Assembly (NCBI GenBank): GCA_044229145.1
Contig: JBGATO010000004.1
Coordinates: 44,900-108,899 of the forward strand
Direction of reading: 5' to 3'
Origin: Candidatus Eiseniibacteriota bacterium
GTDB taxonomy: Bacteria; Eisenbacteria; RBG-16-71-46; CAZEPH01
Length of the DNA: 64,000 bases
Position 1 is the stretch's first letter; each line of letters opens with the position of its first letter. The notes beneath the pieces are model-generated. The model was not told the origin of the DNA. It saw only the letters and a program-made list of their open reading frames with translations, and did not search any database. A program made the translations under genes and the position numbers. This document shows positions 10,437 through 22,981 of this stretch, piece after piece.

Positions 10437-11443
10437 TCAGCGGCGGTCGCGCCGTCCCGCCATGTCCACCGCCACCGCGGCGATCAGGATCGCGCCCTTC
10501 AAGATCGGCTGCCAAAACGCTTCGGTGTTCATCAGGCTCATGCCGTTGTCGAGCGACGCCATGACCAGCGCGCCGAGCAACGCGCCCCACACCGTCCCCT
10601 GCCCGCCCATGAGCGACGTGCCGCCGATCACCGCCGCGGCGATCGCGTCGAGTTCCATCATGCGGCCCGCGTCGCTGGTCGCCGCGCCGACGCGCGCGGT
10701 GAGCACGACGCCCGCCACACCGCACAACGCGCCCATCAGCGTGAAGACGCCGACGAGCCGCCGCTCGATCGGGACTCCGGAGTAGAACGCCGCGTCGCGG
10801 CTGCCGCCGATCGCGTAGAGGTGGCGCCCGAACGGTGTGCGCGTCGCCACCGTGTGGAGCAGCGCCGCGAGCACCAGCACCAGCAGCACCGGGAGCGGCA
10901 CGCCCTGATAGGCGTTCATCACCGCCGCGCCGCCGAGCGCCAGCAGCGCCGCGGCGATCCACGTCACGCGGCCCGCCGTCTCGCGCCACGCGCGCCAGGC
11001 ACAGGGCGGCGTGATCGACACGCCGCCGGTGAGTCCGAGGATGCTGCCCTGGTACAGCAGCATGCCGCCGAGCGTGACGATGAACGGCGGGATGCGCAGC
11101 CGCGCCACCAGCGTGCCGTGCAGCGCACCGCACGCCGCGCCCGCCGCGATCACGAGAGCGCAGCCGAGCGGGACCGGCCAGTCGCCGCGCACGATCGCCA
11201 GCGCCGACACCGCGCCCAGCACGCCGCTCAGCGCCCCGACGCTGAGATCGATCTGCCCGGCGACGATGACCAGCACCATGCCGGTGGCGAGGATCGACGT
11301 CACCGCCATCTGCCGTGCCAGCAGCGAGAGGTTGCGCGGGCTGAGGAAGGTGCCCTGCGTGGTGAGACTGAACACCGCCCAGATCGCCAGCAGCGCGCCG
11401 ACCATGGTGAGGGAGCGCCAGGGCAGCGCGGCGCGCGTGCGGG

Positions 11444-11447
<4 letters not shown>
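10437..11447 (-). CDS. xylH: Sugar ABC transporter permease (XylH-like)
   Basis: GQIDLSVG, IPPFIVTLGG, TPFGRHLYAIGG, ELDAIAAAVIGGTSLMGG; ATG overlaps the stop of the ATPase gene. Confidence 0.88.
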
Positions 11448-13021
<1,574 letters not shown>

Positions 13022-13089
13022 CTGATCGCACCCGATTCCCTCTGAAAACGCCTGCCGTCACCTAACGCTGTTAGGAAAGAGTGCGTCGT

Positions 13090-14133
13090 TTACTTGGCCG
13101 GCGTGGATGCGTCCTTGTAGACCTCGGCCTGCGGATGGAAGCCGTCCTTCACCACGGTCGCCATCATGTTGTCCTTGTCCACCGCGATGGGTGCGATGAG
13201 GATGCACGGCACGTTCTTGGCACCGTTGGCGATCGAGCCTGTGGTGTCCGCGATGGCCTGACCCATCGCCATGGCAAATGCCGTCTCCGCGCCCTTGCGC
13301 GCCAACGACGGAATCGGCTTGTACACCGTCATCGACTGCAACCCCGCGACGATGCGCTGGCACGCGCTCAACTCCGCGTCCTGTCCCGTCACCACCACGT
13401 GGCCGGCGAGCTTCTGCTCCGCCAGCGCCTGAATCGCGCCGCCCGCGAGGCCGTCGTTGCTCACGACCACCGCGTCCACCTTGTTGCCGGTGCGCGTGAG
13501 CGTGTTCTCCATGATCTTGAGCGCTTCGCTCGGCAGCCAGTCGTTCGCCCACTGATCCTCGACGATCTTCACATCGCCGCGATCGATCGCCGGCTGCAAC
13601 ACTTTCATCTGGCCGTCGTGATAGAGGTGTGCATTGTTGTCGGTGGGTGCGCCGGCGATGAGCACATAGTTGCCCTTGGGAGCGTGCGCCAACGCGTACT
13701 CCGCCTGCATCTGCCCGACCCGCACATTGTCGAACGAGATGTAGAGATCGAGATCGCAGTCGTTGATGAGGCGGTCGTACGCAATCACCTTCACGCCGGC
13801 CTTGTGCGCCGAGTTGACGATGGTCGCCGCGCTCTTCGAGTTGTGCGGCGCCACGACGAGGACATCGACACCCTGCGTCAGCAAGTTCTCGCACTGCGAA
13901 TTCTGCAACGCGTCGTTGTTGTTCGCCGCCTGCACGAGCACCTTGGCGCCGAGCTCCTCCGCGTGCTTGACGAACTCGTCGCGATCGCGCTGCCAGCGCT
14001 CCTCGCGCAGCGTGTCGAGCGACAACCCGATGGTGATCTGCTTCGACTTCTTGGCGCAGCCGGCGGGCACGACGGTGAGCACGACGAGCGCGCCGAGGGC
14101 GCTCCACACCTTCCAACGAGCAGTGGCGAACAC
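13090..14133 (-). CDS. xylF: D-xylose ABC transporter substrate-binding lipoprotein
   Basis: Lipobox-like PAGC; ERWQRDRD, AYDRLI, ISFDN, GAPTDNNA, TGQDA, TVYKP. Confidence 0.9.
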   Translation of the reverse strand: MFATARWKVWSALGALVVLTVVPAGCAKKSKQITIGLSLDTLREERWQRDRDEFVKHAEELGAKVLVQAANNNDALQNSQCENLLTQGVDVLVVAPHNSKSAATIVNSAHKAGVKVIAYDRLINDCDLDLYISFDNVRVGQMQAEYALAHAPKGNYVLIAGAPTDNNAHLYHDGQMKVLQPAIDRGDVKIVEDQWANDWLPSEALKIMENTLTRTGNKVDAVVVSNDGLAGGAIQALAEQKLAGHVVVTGQDAELSACQRIVAGLQSMTVYKPIPSLARKGAETAFAMAMGQAIADTTGSIANGAKNVPCILIAPIAVDKDNMMATVVKDGFHPQAEVYKDASTPAK

Positions 14134-14183
14134 GGGAGTCTCCTTCGCGGGTCGGGCGCCGGATCAACGGCGCGGGCGGCCGC

Positions 14184-14213
14184 AGCCTAGCCACGCGGCA
14201 GCCGACGCGTCAA
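14184..14213 (-). promoter_or_regulatory. Putative sigma70 promoter of xylF
   Basis: TTGACG-N18-TAGGCT on the minus strand. Confidence 0.5.
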
Positions 14214-14222
14214 TGCCGCGGA

Positions 14223-14251
14223 TTGCCCGCGGCAAATGGTTTGGCTATGGT
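14223..14251 (+). promoter_or_regulatory. Putative sigma70 promoter of the GH92 gene
   Basis: TTGCCC-N17-TATGGT; the -35 lies within a TTGCC-cgc-GGCAA inverted repeat. Confidence 0.4.
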
Positions 14252-14280
14252 GAAGGCTCGTCCGCCCTGGGAGACTTCCG

Positions 14281-17200
14281 ATGCGATTCGCCGCCCTCCT
14301 TCTCGCCGCCGCGCTCTGCTCGCCGCTGTCCGCGCGAGCCCAGGGCGATCCAATTCCGAGCAACCGCATTCCGGTGACGGGCAGCGCTCACAACTTTGCC
14401 ACCGGCAACCGAGTGTGGACCGCGCTTGGAGACCTCTTCGTCGACCCATTCATCGGCAGCGATGGACACGGCCACACATTCCCCGGGGCCTCGGTGCCGT
14501 TCGGCATGGTGCAACTCTCGCCCGACACGCGATTGGATGGATGGGACGGCTGCAGCGGCTACCACGGCTCCGACGATCGCATTTTCGGTTTCTCGCACAC
14601 GCATCTGAGCGGGACCGGCTGCAGCGACTACGGCGATATCCTGTTCTTTCCTTCGCGCGGCACCGTTCAGTGGCGGAGTAGCTACGGTCGCACGCTCGGC
14701 GATGGGTACGGTTCTCCCGTCAAACCATCGAGAACCCGGCACGCGCGTGCCGGAGCCTACTCGGTGCTTCTCGCGGATACCGGCATCTTGGTCGAACTCA
14801 CCGCGACAGCCCGCACCGGCTGGCAGCGGTACACCTTTCCGCAACCGGACAGCGCATTCGTCTTGCTGGATCTCACGCAGCGCGATCAAGTGCTCGACTC
14901 GCATCTCCGCGTAGTGAACGATACGGAGATCGAAGGCTATCGCGTCTCGCGTGCCTGGGCGACGAACCAGCGGGTATACTTCGTCGCCCGCTTTTCGCGG
15001 CCAGTCGACGTGGTGTTCGCAGTCGGTGACGCAATGCGCGATGGAATGCGCGAAGCTGGCGGTACTTCGGTCAAGGCCGCCATCCGACCGCGCGGCATGC
15101 GGCGCGTCAGCCTCTACGATCCGCCTCTCACGCGCGACGACTCAGACCAGTTGCTGATCAAGGTCGGGATCAGTGCGGTGGACATCGACGGCGCGCGGCG
15201 TAATCTCGACGCCGAAGCCCCTGATTGGGACATCGTGCGCGTTGCAGGCGCCGCCGCTGCTGCCTGGGACAGCACTCTGCGCTGCGTCGATGCCGAAGGC
15301 GGCACCGATGCCCAGCGCACCACCTTCTACACCGCCCTCTACCACACCTTCTTGCAGCCGAACCTCTACACCGACGTCGACGGACGCTACCGCGGACGCG
15401 ACGACTCCGTGCACGTCGCGAACGGCTGGACGCAGTACACCGTCTTCAGCCTCTGGGACACCTTCCGCGCCGCGCATCCGCTCTACGCGCTGCTGCAACC
15501 CGCACGCGACATCGACTTCATCAACACATTCCTCGCGCAGTATGACGAAGGCGGCGCTCTGCCGGTGTGGGAGTTGAGCGCGAACGAAACCAACTGCATG
15601 ATCGGCTATCACGCAGTCCCGGTGATCGCCGACGCGTGGGCGAAAGGTCTACGCGGTTTCGACGGCGAACGCGCGTTGGAGGCGATGATCGCGTCTGCGT
15701 CGGCACACACACGCGGACTCGACGACTATCGCGCGCTCGGCTTCATCCCCGCCGACCGCGAGGCCGAATCAGTGTCGAAAACACTCGAGTACGCCTACGA
15801 CGACTGGTGCATCGCGCGCATGGCCGCGTCACTTGGCCACGCCGACATCGCCGCCAACTACGACCTGCGGGCGCAATCGTGGAAAAACGGCTTCGATCCG
15901 CAGACCGGATTCATGCGCCCCAAACTCGGCGCCCGCTGGAAGACGCCGTTCTCGCCCACCGACGTCGACTTCCATTTCACCGAAGCAAACAGCTGGCAAT
16001 ACAGCTTCTTCGTGCCGCAGGACATCGCCGGGCACATCGCGGCACTCGGCGGCAGCGCCGCCTACGCGGCGAAACTCGATTCGCTGTTCGGCTCATCGCC
16101 GACTACGACGGGACGCAAGCAGGACGACATCTCGGGCCTCATCGGCCAGTACGCGCACGGCAACGAACCGTCGCATCACATGGCGTATCTCTACGACTAC
16201 TGCGGACAGCCGTGGAAGACGCAGCGCCTCGTTGCGCAGATCCGCGACTCGCTGTACCGCGCGACGCCCGACGGCCTCATCGGCAACGAAGACTGCGGGC
16301 AGATGAGCGCGTGGTATGTCTTCAGCGCGTTCGGCTTCTATCCCGTCACGCCGGGACAGGACACGTACGCGATGGGCTCGCCGCTCTTCCCGCGCGCCGT
16401 GCTGCGCGTCGGCAATGGCCGCACTTTCACCATCACGCGAACTGGCGACGGCCCATACATTCAATCGGCGCGCCTCAATGGCAAACCGTTCGACCGCTGC
16501 TGGATTCGCCACGGCGAGATCACCGCGGGCGGCACGCTCGCGTTCGCGATGGGACACACGCCGAACACGCATTGGGGTGTGGGCCGCGACGCCGCGCCAC
16601 CATCCACGATCACCGCGCCGTCGATCGTGCCGGCGCCGTTCGTCGCCGCGGGCGACACACCATTCCGCGACAGCACGCGCGTCGTTCTCGGCGATCTCGA
16701 TCCACGCGCCACAATCTACTGGACGACCGACGGCGAACCAACGACCGCGAGCGCGCGCTACACGACGCCAATCACCGTGCGTGACGCGACGACGCTACGC
16801 TTCCGCGCCTACGCTCCCGACGGCACGCACTCCGAGACGCAGTCCGCGGCCTTCCTCGTCCTCGACCCGTCACGCCGCATCGCATTGCAGTCGCATTACA
16901 GTCCACAATATCCGGCGAGCGGACCCGAAGGTCTCATCGACGGCGTGCGCGGCGGCAATGACTTCCGGCTCGGCGCCTGGCAAGGCTACGACGGCACGCA
17001 TCTCGACGCCGTCGTCGACCTCGGCTCCTCGCGCACCATCGCGAGCGTCGCCTGCGGCTTCTTGCAGGACCAGAACTCGTGGATCTTCATGCCGCGCGCA
17101 CTGCGCGTCGACACGTCGCTCGACAGCGTGCAGTGGGAGCCCGGCGGCGCCTCCGTCAACTCAGTCGACGAACACGTGGATGGCGCAATCTTGCAAGACC

Positions 17201-17334
17201 TTGCGGTGCGGTTCGCCGCGCGCCCCACGCGCTACATCCGATTGCACGCCGAATCACCGCTCGACTGTCCTGCGTGGCACAAAGGCCACGGCAACACCTG
17301 CTGGATCTTCGCCGATGAAATCGTCGTGCGGTAG
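14281..17334 (+). CDS. GH92 alpha-1,2-mannosidase with C-terminal Fn3-associated and F5/8-like domains
   Basis: VDPFIG...HTFPGA, FSHTHLSGTG, SLWDTFRA, SKTLEYAYDD, YAHGNEPSHH, GNEDCGQMSAW, WIFADEI. Confidence 0.95.
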   Translation: MRFAALLLAAALCSPLSARAQGDPIPSNRIPVTGSAHNFATGNRVWTALGDLFVDPFIGSDGHGHTFPGASVPFGMVQLSPDTRLDGWDGCSGYHGSDDRIFGFSHTHLSGTGCSDYGDILFFPSRGTVQWRSSYGRTLGDGYGSPVKPSRTRHARAGAYSVLLADTGILVELTATARTGWQRYTFPQPDSAFVLLDLTQRDQVLDSHLRVVNDTEIEGYRVSRAWATNQRVYFVARFSRPVDVVFAVGDAMRDGMREAGGTSVKAAIRPRGMRRVSLYDPPLTRDDSDQLLIKVGISAVDIDGARRNLDAEAPDWDIVRVAGAAAAAWDSTLRCVDAEGGTDAQRTTFYTALYHTFLQPNLYTDVDGRYRGRDDSVHVANGWTQYTVFSLWDTFRAAHPLYALLQPARDIDFINTFLAQYDEGGALPVWELSANETNCMIGYHAVPVIADAWAKGLRGFDGERALEAMIASASAHTRGLDDYRALGFIPADREAESVSKTLEYAYDDWCIARMAASLGHADIAANYDLRAQSWKNGFDPQTGFMRPKLGARWKTPFSPTDVDFHFTEANSWQYSFFVPQDIAGHIAALGGSAAYAAKLDSLFGSSPTTTGRKQDDISGLIGQYAHGNEPSHHMAYLYDYCGQPWKTQRLVAQIRDSLYRATPDGLIGNEDCGQMSAWYVFSAFGFYPVTPGQDTYAMGSPLFPRAVLRVGNGRTFTITRTGDGPYIQSARLNGKPFDRCWIRHGEITAGGTLAFAMGHTPNTHWGVGRDAAPPSTITAPSIVPAPFVAAGDTPFRDSTRVVLGDLDPRATIYWTTDGEPTTASARYTTPITVRDATTLRFRAYAPDGTHSETQSAAFLVLDPSRRIALQSHYSPQYPASGPEGLIDGVRGGNDFRLGAWQGYDGTHLDAVVDLGSSRTIASVACGFLQDQNSWIFMPRALRVDTSLDSVQWEPGGASVNSVDEHVDGAILQDLAVRFAARPTRYIRLHAESPLDCPAWHKGHGNTCWIFADEIVVR

Positions 17335-17339
17335 CGCGG

Positions 17340-17936
17340 CTACGTCGCGTTGCGCGCCGTCCGCGGGCCGATGTACTGCGAGTGCGTGCTCGGCCGATCG
17401 CACACCAACAGCACTTCCTGGGTCGGCGCGCCGGTGTGGTAATCCTCGCCATCGGCGCTGTCTGCATAACTGAACCCAAGCCGCTCCGCTACGACCGCCG
17501 CCGCGAGATTGCGATTGTCGACGGTGGCTTCCAGTCTTTCGACGGCGAACTCGAGCCACAACGTCGGCAATACCGCGCGGCACGCCTCGGTGGCAAACCC
17601 GCGGCCCCACAACTCGCGCGCGATCAGCACCGACAGTTCGCAGCTCATGTCTTCGTAGATCGTCGCCTGCACGTAGCCGATCGCCGCATCCGATTCGCGA
17701 TCGCGCACGATCCAATTGAGCCACACTTCATCGCCGGCGTCCGGATAGCCGCGCGACAAACGCTCGTAGCGTTCGGTCAACGTCTCCACCGAACGCGGCG
17801 GATCGAGCGCGAGGAACTCGTACAACGCCTCGTCCGCCAAGACCGGCGCCATTTCTTCCGCGTGGCGCGGCGTCAACGGCTCGAGCGACAGCCGCGCCGA
17901 CGTCAGCGGCGCGCGGTGCGTGGCATCGAACATCAT
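17340..17936 (-). CDS. GNAT (RimJ/RimL-like) N-acetyltransferase
   Basis: RLSLEPL, WLNWIVR, IGYVQAT, WGRGFATEA, N-x-AA-xx-AERLGF; ATGA overlap with arginase. Confidence 0.85.
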   Translation of the reverse strand: MMFDATHRAPLTSARLSLEPLTPRHAEEMAPVLADEALYEFLALDPPRSVETLTERYERLSRGYPDAGDEVWLNWIVRDRESDAAIGYVQATIYEDMSCELSVLIARELWGRGFATEACRAVLPTLWLEFAVERLEATVDNRNLAAAVVAERLGFSYADSADGEDYHTGAPTQEVLLVCDRPSTHSQYIGPRTARNAT

Positions 17937-18844
17937 AGGATCGACTTTCCCAGCGCGGACAGCACGAGTTCGCTGCCCAACTCCGCGGTTTCGTTGCCGC
18001 GATCGAGAATCGGATTCACTTCGACCACGTCCATCGCGATCAGGCGTCCGGTCTCCGCGACCATCTCCATTGCCAAGTGCGATTCGCGGTAATCGAGCCC
18101 GCCCTTCACCGGCGTGCCGACGCCGGGCGCGATCACCGGATCGATGCCGTCGACATCCAAACTCAGGTGCACACCGCAGGTGCCGTTCAGCACGTACGCC
18201 AACGCTTCGTCGATCACCTCGCTGATCCCGCGCCGGTCGACGTCGCTCATGGTAAACGCGTGCACACCGGAGGCACGCACGATCTCCTTCTCGCGCTCGT
18301 CGAGTTCGCGGATGCCGACCAGCGCGACGTTCTCCGGCCGCACCTTCGGCACCATGCCGCCGAGCAGCGCGAGTTCGTCGGGTCCGTGCCCCAGGATCGC
18401 GGCCAACGGCATCCCGTGGACGTTGCCACTGGTCGACGACTCGGGCGTGTTCATGTCGGCATGCGCGTCGATCCACAGCACGCCGATGCGCTCGCCACGC
18501 TCGGCACGCGCCGCCGCGACACCACCGATCGAACCGGCCGCCAAGCTGTGATCGCCGCCGAGCGACAGGGCGATGACGTCGTGCATCGCCGCTTCCTTCG
18601 TCAAGTCGAACAGCCGCTGGCAGACCGCAGTGATCTCGCCGATGAATCGCTTCGAGGTGTCGCCTTCGCGCGAGGTTTCCGGCAACGGCACCGGCACATT
18701 GCCGCGATCGCGCACTGCGTACCCCAGCGCTTGGATGCGCTCGGTCAAATGCGTCAGACGAAACGCGCTCGGCCCCATGTCTACCCCACGCCTGCCGGCG
18801 CCGAGGTCGAGCGGCACGCCGATGATGTCGACGGATCGTTTCAT
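17933..18844 (-). CDS. rocF: Arginase
   Basis: GVDMGPSA, GGDHS, DAHADMNT, SGNVHGMP, SLDVDGIDP, PGVGTP, EVNP. Confidence 0.96.
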   Translation of the reverse strand: MKRSVDIIGVPLDLGAGRRGVDMGPSAFRLTHLTERIQALGYAVRDRGNVPVPLPETSREGDTSKRFIGEITAVCQRLFDLTKEAAMHDVIALSLGGDHSLAAGSIGGVAAARAERGERIGVLWIDAHADMNTPESSTSGNVHGMPLAAILGHGPDELALLGGMVPKVRPENVALVGIRELDEREKEIVRASGVHAFTMSDVDRRGISEVIDEALAYVLNGTCGVHLSLDVDGIDPVIAPGVGTPVKGGLDYRESHLAMEMVAETGRLIAMDVVEVNPILDRGNETAELGSELVLSALGKSIL

Positions 18845-18991
18845 GGGCGACAGTGTAGCCTGCCGCGCGCGCGACGGTGAGGGGAAAACCACGGGACGCC
18901 CCCGGGAGATGGTCTGCCGGCCGCGATGGCACGCAGCGAACCGGCGGAAAGCGAAACGGGCGGCTCCGCTGAGCCGCCCGTCGTGCGCCGC

Positions 18992-19498
18992 CTAGACGGC
19001 GAACAAGTGATCGCGCAGTTCGACGCCGCGCGCCAACTCCGTCACTTTCTGACAGAGAAGCCCACATCCACCGCGAAACGACGGATCGTGAACCGACACC
19101 TGAATCAAGTGGCCGACGATCTTCACCAGCTCGTCCGCCCGCTGAATCATCTCGAGATCCGCGAGCGCGATCCGGGAGGCCTCTTCCTGCCGCGTATTCT
19201 GGCTATCGAAAAAGGCAGTGTAGCCGGTGGGCACGTCGGTCACCGAGTCGATGGCACTGCGGAGTCGTCGCAGTCCAAGATCGAACTCGTCCGCGGTGCC
19301 ATTCAGCCCGTCTCCGTGCACGGCGCGGAAGTGCAGGAGCTCCTTGGCGCAAGCCGACAGCCGCAGCGCGACGTAGGAGCGAATGCGCTTGTCGTCCAAG
19401 CGGCGCTCCTCGCGCTTCTTGTAGCCGGCGTAATCGTGGATAACGGCGCCGATACGCGCCACGGGCGTCCCGCCCTGTCCACGCTGCTGGGTATTCAC
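18992..19498 (-). CDS. Conserved hypothetical helical protein
   Basis: GTG after GGAGG; YAGYKKREERRLDDK and GYTAFFD motifs resemble a widespread uncharacterised family (from memory, not searched). Confidence 0.7.
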   Translation of the reverse strand: MNTQQRGQGGTPVARIGAVIHDYAGYKKREERRLDDKRIRSYVALRLSACAKELLHFRAVHGDGLNGTADEFDLGLRRLRSAIDSVTDVPTGYTAFFDSQNTRQEEASRIALADLEMIQRADELVKIVGHLIQVSVHDPSFRGGCGLLCQKVTELARGVELRDHLFAV

Positions 19499-19682
19499 GT
19501 TCGATCCTCCCGCACCATGCGAGATCGGCAAGGTCCCGGGCCACGCCGGGACATCTCGCGGCCGCCGTCCACGGCGGCGTGGGTCCGTCCATGACCGCGA
19601 TGGCATCTCCGCGACCGCAGCTACAATCGGCGGGGCCTGCTGGACGGTTGAGGAAAAAGGGCGCGGGGAGGCCGGACATGCG

Positions 19683-19718
19683 AAAGCGCGCCGTCGCCGG
19701 ATAGGCGGACGGCGCGCT
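19683..19718 (-). terminator. Probable intrinsic terminator after the ABC permease
   Basis: AGCGCGCCGTC...GACGGCGCGCT stem followed by short T run on the minus strand. Confidence 0.55.
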
Positions 19719-19739
19719 GATTCGCGCGGCGACTGAGAG

Positions 19740-21047
19740 CTAGGCGCGCACCCAGCGAAGGATCTCGGGCAGCGTTACCCGCTTGCCATACAACAAGATA
19801 CCGATGCGGAACAGCTTCGCCGAGAGCATCAAGGCCATCGCCGCACCGCCCAAGACGATGAGGAGGGACACTGGAAGCTCCCACCAGGCCAGTCCTCCGC
19901 CGGTCATGCGCAGCATCATCGCCAGCGGTGCCGTGATCGGTACGAACGACAAGGTGCGCGCCAAGGTGCCGTTCGGATCTTCGAGGAACGACCCGAGCAG
20001 AATGAACGGCAGCATGGTGAGCATGGTCCACACCCACGTGATCTGCTGGCTCTCGCGGGCACTGTTGCCCAACGAGCCGAATCCCAGCATCAGACTTCCA
20101 TATTGGAAGTAACCACCGAGGAAAAAGAGCAGGCAGCCGAGCCACACGTGCACCGGCACGTGCGCCGAAGTCGCATTGGAGATGAGCAGCGGCAATCCTT
20201 GCGCCGAGAACAGCAGTCCCCCGCCGATCCAAATGGCAAGTTGCAGCAACGCCGCGCCACCGAGCCCGATCATCTTGCCGGCGAACAATTCGGGAGGGCG
20301 CACGGAGGACAGCAGAATCTCCATGACGCGATTCTCCTTCTCCTCCGCCACACCGAGCAGAAGGGTCGTACCACTCCCCATCATCGAGATGACGAGCAGG
20401 ACGCCGAACAACAGCGGCACGAGGAAGGCCGTGACGCGATCGCCCTTGGCGCGCTCCGCGAATTGTCCATCGTCCTGCAACTCGACGACGCGAAGTTTCT
20501 TCGCGGCAATCGGCGAGACGGCGCGTTCGAGCACTTCCGAATCGACGTGCCCCGCGAGCACCGCCCGGCGCAGGAGACGGTCGAACGCGGCCCGCTCCGA
20601 ATCGCCGTCACGCGCCACCGATTCCTTGGGACCGAACCGGAACGCGGTGCCGGAGGCCATGAAAGTGTCGGGGAGAACGTAGAACGCGCTCACCTGACCG
20701 CGATTGAAGGCGATGCGTGCGGCGGTGGTGTCGGGAAATCCCACGAACCGCATGGAGCCGACACTGACCATCCGCGCGCCGCCAGCGGGCACGACGGCGC
20801 TCAGCGCGGACGAGTCCGGCGGGGGCGCGCCCACGAGCGTATCCGAGAACGCGACTTGCGCGGTCTGACTCACGATTCCGATGGTCGATCCTGCCGCGGC
20901 CTTGCGCTTCGCGTTGATCGTCGGCACGGTCACGACCAGCCCGTAGAGCGCGACGAACAGCGGCATCGCCAGGGTCCAGATCAGGAAGCTCTTGCGGCAG
21001 ACCGTCGACACGAACTCGCGACGCGCCACGACTGCAACGCGGTTCAT
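19740..21047 (-). CDS. ABC-2 type exporter permease (NatB-like)
   Basis: VARREFVSTV, EEKENRVMEILLSSV, multiple TM helices. Confidence 0.9.
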   Translation of the reverse strand: MNRVAVVARREFVSTVCRKSFLIWTLAMPLFVALYGLVVTVPTINAKRKAAAGSTIGIVSQTAQVAFSDTLVGAPPPDSSALSAVVPAGGARMVSVGSMRFVGFPDTTAARIAFNRGQVSAFYVLPDTFMASGTAFRFGPKESVARDGDSERAAFDRLLRRAVLAGHVDSEVLERAVSPIAAKKLRVVELQDDGQFAERAKGDRVTAFLVPLLFGVLLVISMMGSGTTLLLGVAEEKENRVMEILLSSVRPPELFAGKMIGLGGAALLQLAIWIGGGLLFSAQGLPLLISNATSAHVPVHVWLGCLLFFLGGYFQYGSLMLGFGSLGNSARESQQITWVWTMLTMLPFILLGSFLEDPNGTLARTLSFVPITAPLAMMLRMTGGGLAWWELPVSLLIVLGGAAMALMLSAKLFRIGILLYGKRVTLPEILRWVRA

Positions 21048-21943
21048 GGCCGATCCTCCTTGACGATCTGGATGAAGATGTCTTCGAGCGGGGTCATTGC
21101 CACTTCGAAGCTGCGACACTCCCGTCGCTGCGCGGCGAGGTCGGCCATGAAATCGCGCGGCGTCATGCCGGACTGCAGGCGGACCTTTTTGTGTTCTCCG
21201 AGCGGCGCGGCCTCAGCCACCGTGGACAAGCCCGACACATCCGTGCCGGAATCGACGATCACCGCATCCTCGGAATACTGCCGGCGCACCTCCGCCACCG
21301 CTCCATCGAGGACAACGCGGCCGTGATTGATCATCACGACATCGTCGGCCAAGGTTTCCGCGTGGAACATCTGGTGGGTCGAGAGAATGATCGCCCGGCC
21401 CTCGCGCCGGTGCTCCCGAATCGCATCCTTGACCAAGCGCGTGTTGACCGGGTCCAGACCCGACATGGGTTCGTCGAGGACGATCAACTCCGGTTCGTGC
21501 ACCAACGTGGCGATCAGCTGCACCTTTTGCTGCATCCCCTTCGACAGCGTCTCCACCTTCTTGTCCGCGCAATCGGCAAGGTCGAACCGCTCGAGATACC
21601 GCATCGCTCGGGTGCGGGCGTCCGCCGGAGCGACGCCCTTCAACGCGGCGAAGTACTCGAGCACCTCCATGACCTTCTGCTTGCGATAGAGTCCGCGTTC
21701 TTCCGGCAAATAGCCGATCCGGTTCGGCAGATCGGCCGTGCGGGGAAGGCCATTGAACGTGATCGTCCCGCGATCTGGCTCGGTGATACCCATCATCATG
21801 CGGATGAGGCTCGTCTTCCCCGCCCCGTTCGGTCCCAGGAGAGCGAGCACCCGGCCGGCCGGGACCGACAGAGTGACGTCGCGGACGGCGTCTTTGCCAT
21901 CGTACGACTTCGACACATGGTCGACTTGCACTGCCAACATCAT
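21044..21943 (-). CDS. ABC exporter ATP-binding protein (NatA/YhaQ-like)
   Basis: GPNGAGKT, GYLPEERGLY, LSKGMQQK, LDEPMSGLDPVN. Confidence 0.92.
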   Translation of the reverse strand: MMLAVQVDHVSKSYDGKDAVRDVTLSVPAGRVLALLGPNGAGKTSLIRMMMGITEPDRGTITFNGLPRTADLPNRIGYLPEERGLYRKQKVMEVLEYFAALKGVAPADARTRAMRYLERFDLADCADKKVETLSKGMQQKVQLIATLVHEPELIVLDEPMSGLDPVNTRLVKDAIREHRREGRAIILSTHQMFHAETLADDVVMINHGRVVLDGAVAEVRRQYSEDAVIVDSGTDVSGLSTVAEAAPLGEHKKVRLQSGMTPRDFMADLAAQRRECRSFEVAMTPLEDIFIQIVKEDRP

Positions 21944-22325
21944 GAATTCCCCCACAGCCCCAGCGCACTTGGCCCGAGTCGTCTCGCCGCCACCCTGGCT
22001 CCGCGATCGGCGGATGGTGGGCGGACGCCTCTGCCGCGTCAAGTTACGCGCAAACGGCGGCGCGGCGCGGGAGGTTTCGTGCCCTCGCAGCATCGAATGT
22101 TAGGCGCACCTCACTTTCGATGCGCAAAAACCGACACGAAAGGGTGAATTCCTGGATCGCTCCGGACATTCCTGGCAGACTTTGTGGGAACCACGGCGAA
22201 AGGGCCTGTGTACCAGGACCGTTGCCAGTCGCGAACTGGCACACCGAAACCCCGCCAGCGGAGCCCATCGGGGGAACCAGGCTCCTCAGGCCGCAACGCT
22301 TCTTTGCCCCCCATGGAGGTGATCA

Positions 22326-22928
22326 ATGTCTCGGCACTTTGCGATCGGAATGATGGTGGCGGCGGCGCTCGTCGGCTCGGCTGCCCTGGTGCAGGCTTCG
22401 GTTCCGGACCCGGCGCACTCGTCGGTGGCGTGGGCGGGCCCGTTCAACGGCGCCTGTACGTTCCCGGTGCTTTGCTCCTCGGGTGACGTTTCGGCGACCA
22501 TCAACGTCACGGTGAAGGACCAGTTCGGTTCCGCGATGTCCGGTATCGCCGCCAACGAAATCGACGCCGAAGGCACTTGCGTGCTCGGCGGCGGCTCGCC
22601 CTGCTCGCAGCAGGTGAGCGTTCTGGCCAGCGGCGCCACCAACGGCTCCGGCGCCACCACGATCGTCATCGCGAAGGCCGGCGGCTGCTGCGCCGACCTC
22701 CGTGTCGTCGCCCGCGGTGTCATCCTCGCCACGCTCAGCTACCGCTCGTACGACTACACGGCGGACCTGCGCACCGACCTGTCGGACCTCGGCTTCCTCG
22801 CCGACACGTTCAACAAGCTGCTCGGCAACGCCGGCTACAACGCTTGCTTCGACTTCAACTGCGACAACAAGGTCGACCTGTCGGACCTCGGCTTCTTCGC
22901 GTCGCACTTCAACCACGCCTGCGTGTAA
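22326..22928 (+). CDS. Secreted Cys-rich protein with C-terminal dockerin-like double Ca-binding repeat
   Basis: GGAGGT RBS; signal peptide; DYTADLRTDLSDLGFLA and DFNCDNKVDLSDLGFFA; exact 22-bp DNA repeat at 22775-22796 and 22874-22895. Confidence 0.82.
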   Translation: MSRHFAIGMMVAAALVGSAALVQASVPDPAHSSVAWAGPFNGACTFPVLCSSGDVSATINVTVKDQFGSAMSGIAANEIDAEGTCVLGGGSPCSQQVSVLASGATNGSGATTIVIAKAGGCCADLRVVARGVILATLSYRSYDYTADLRTDLSDLGFLADTFNKLLGNAGYNACFDFNCDNKVDLSDLGFFASHFNHACV

Positions 22929-22981
22929 GCTGTCGGCGGAGTTGAAGGACCATCGGAAGCGCGCAGGTGCGGGAGAGATCA

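Noticed and set aside
19528..19543. Sigma54 promoter (TGGCCC...TTGC, minus strand) before the 19498 gene
   Set aside because: The spacing is N6 rather than the strictly required N5.
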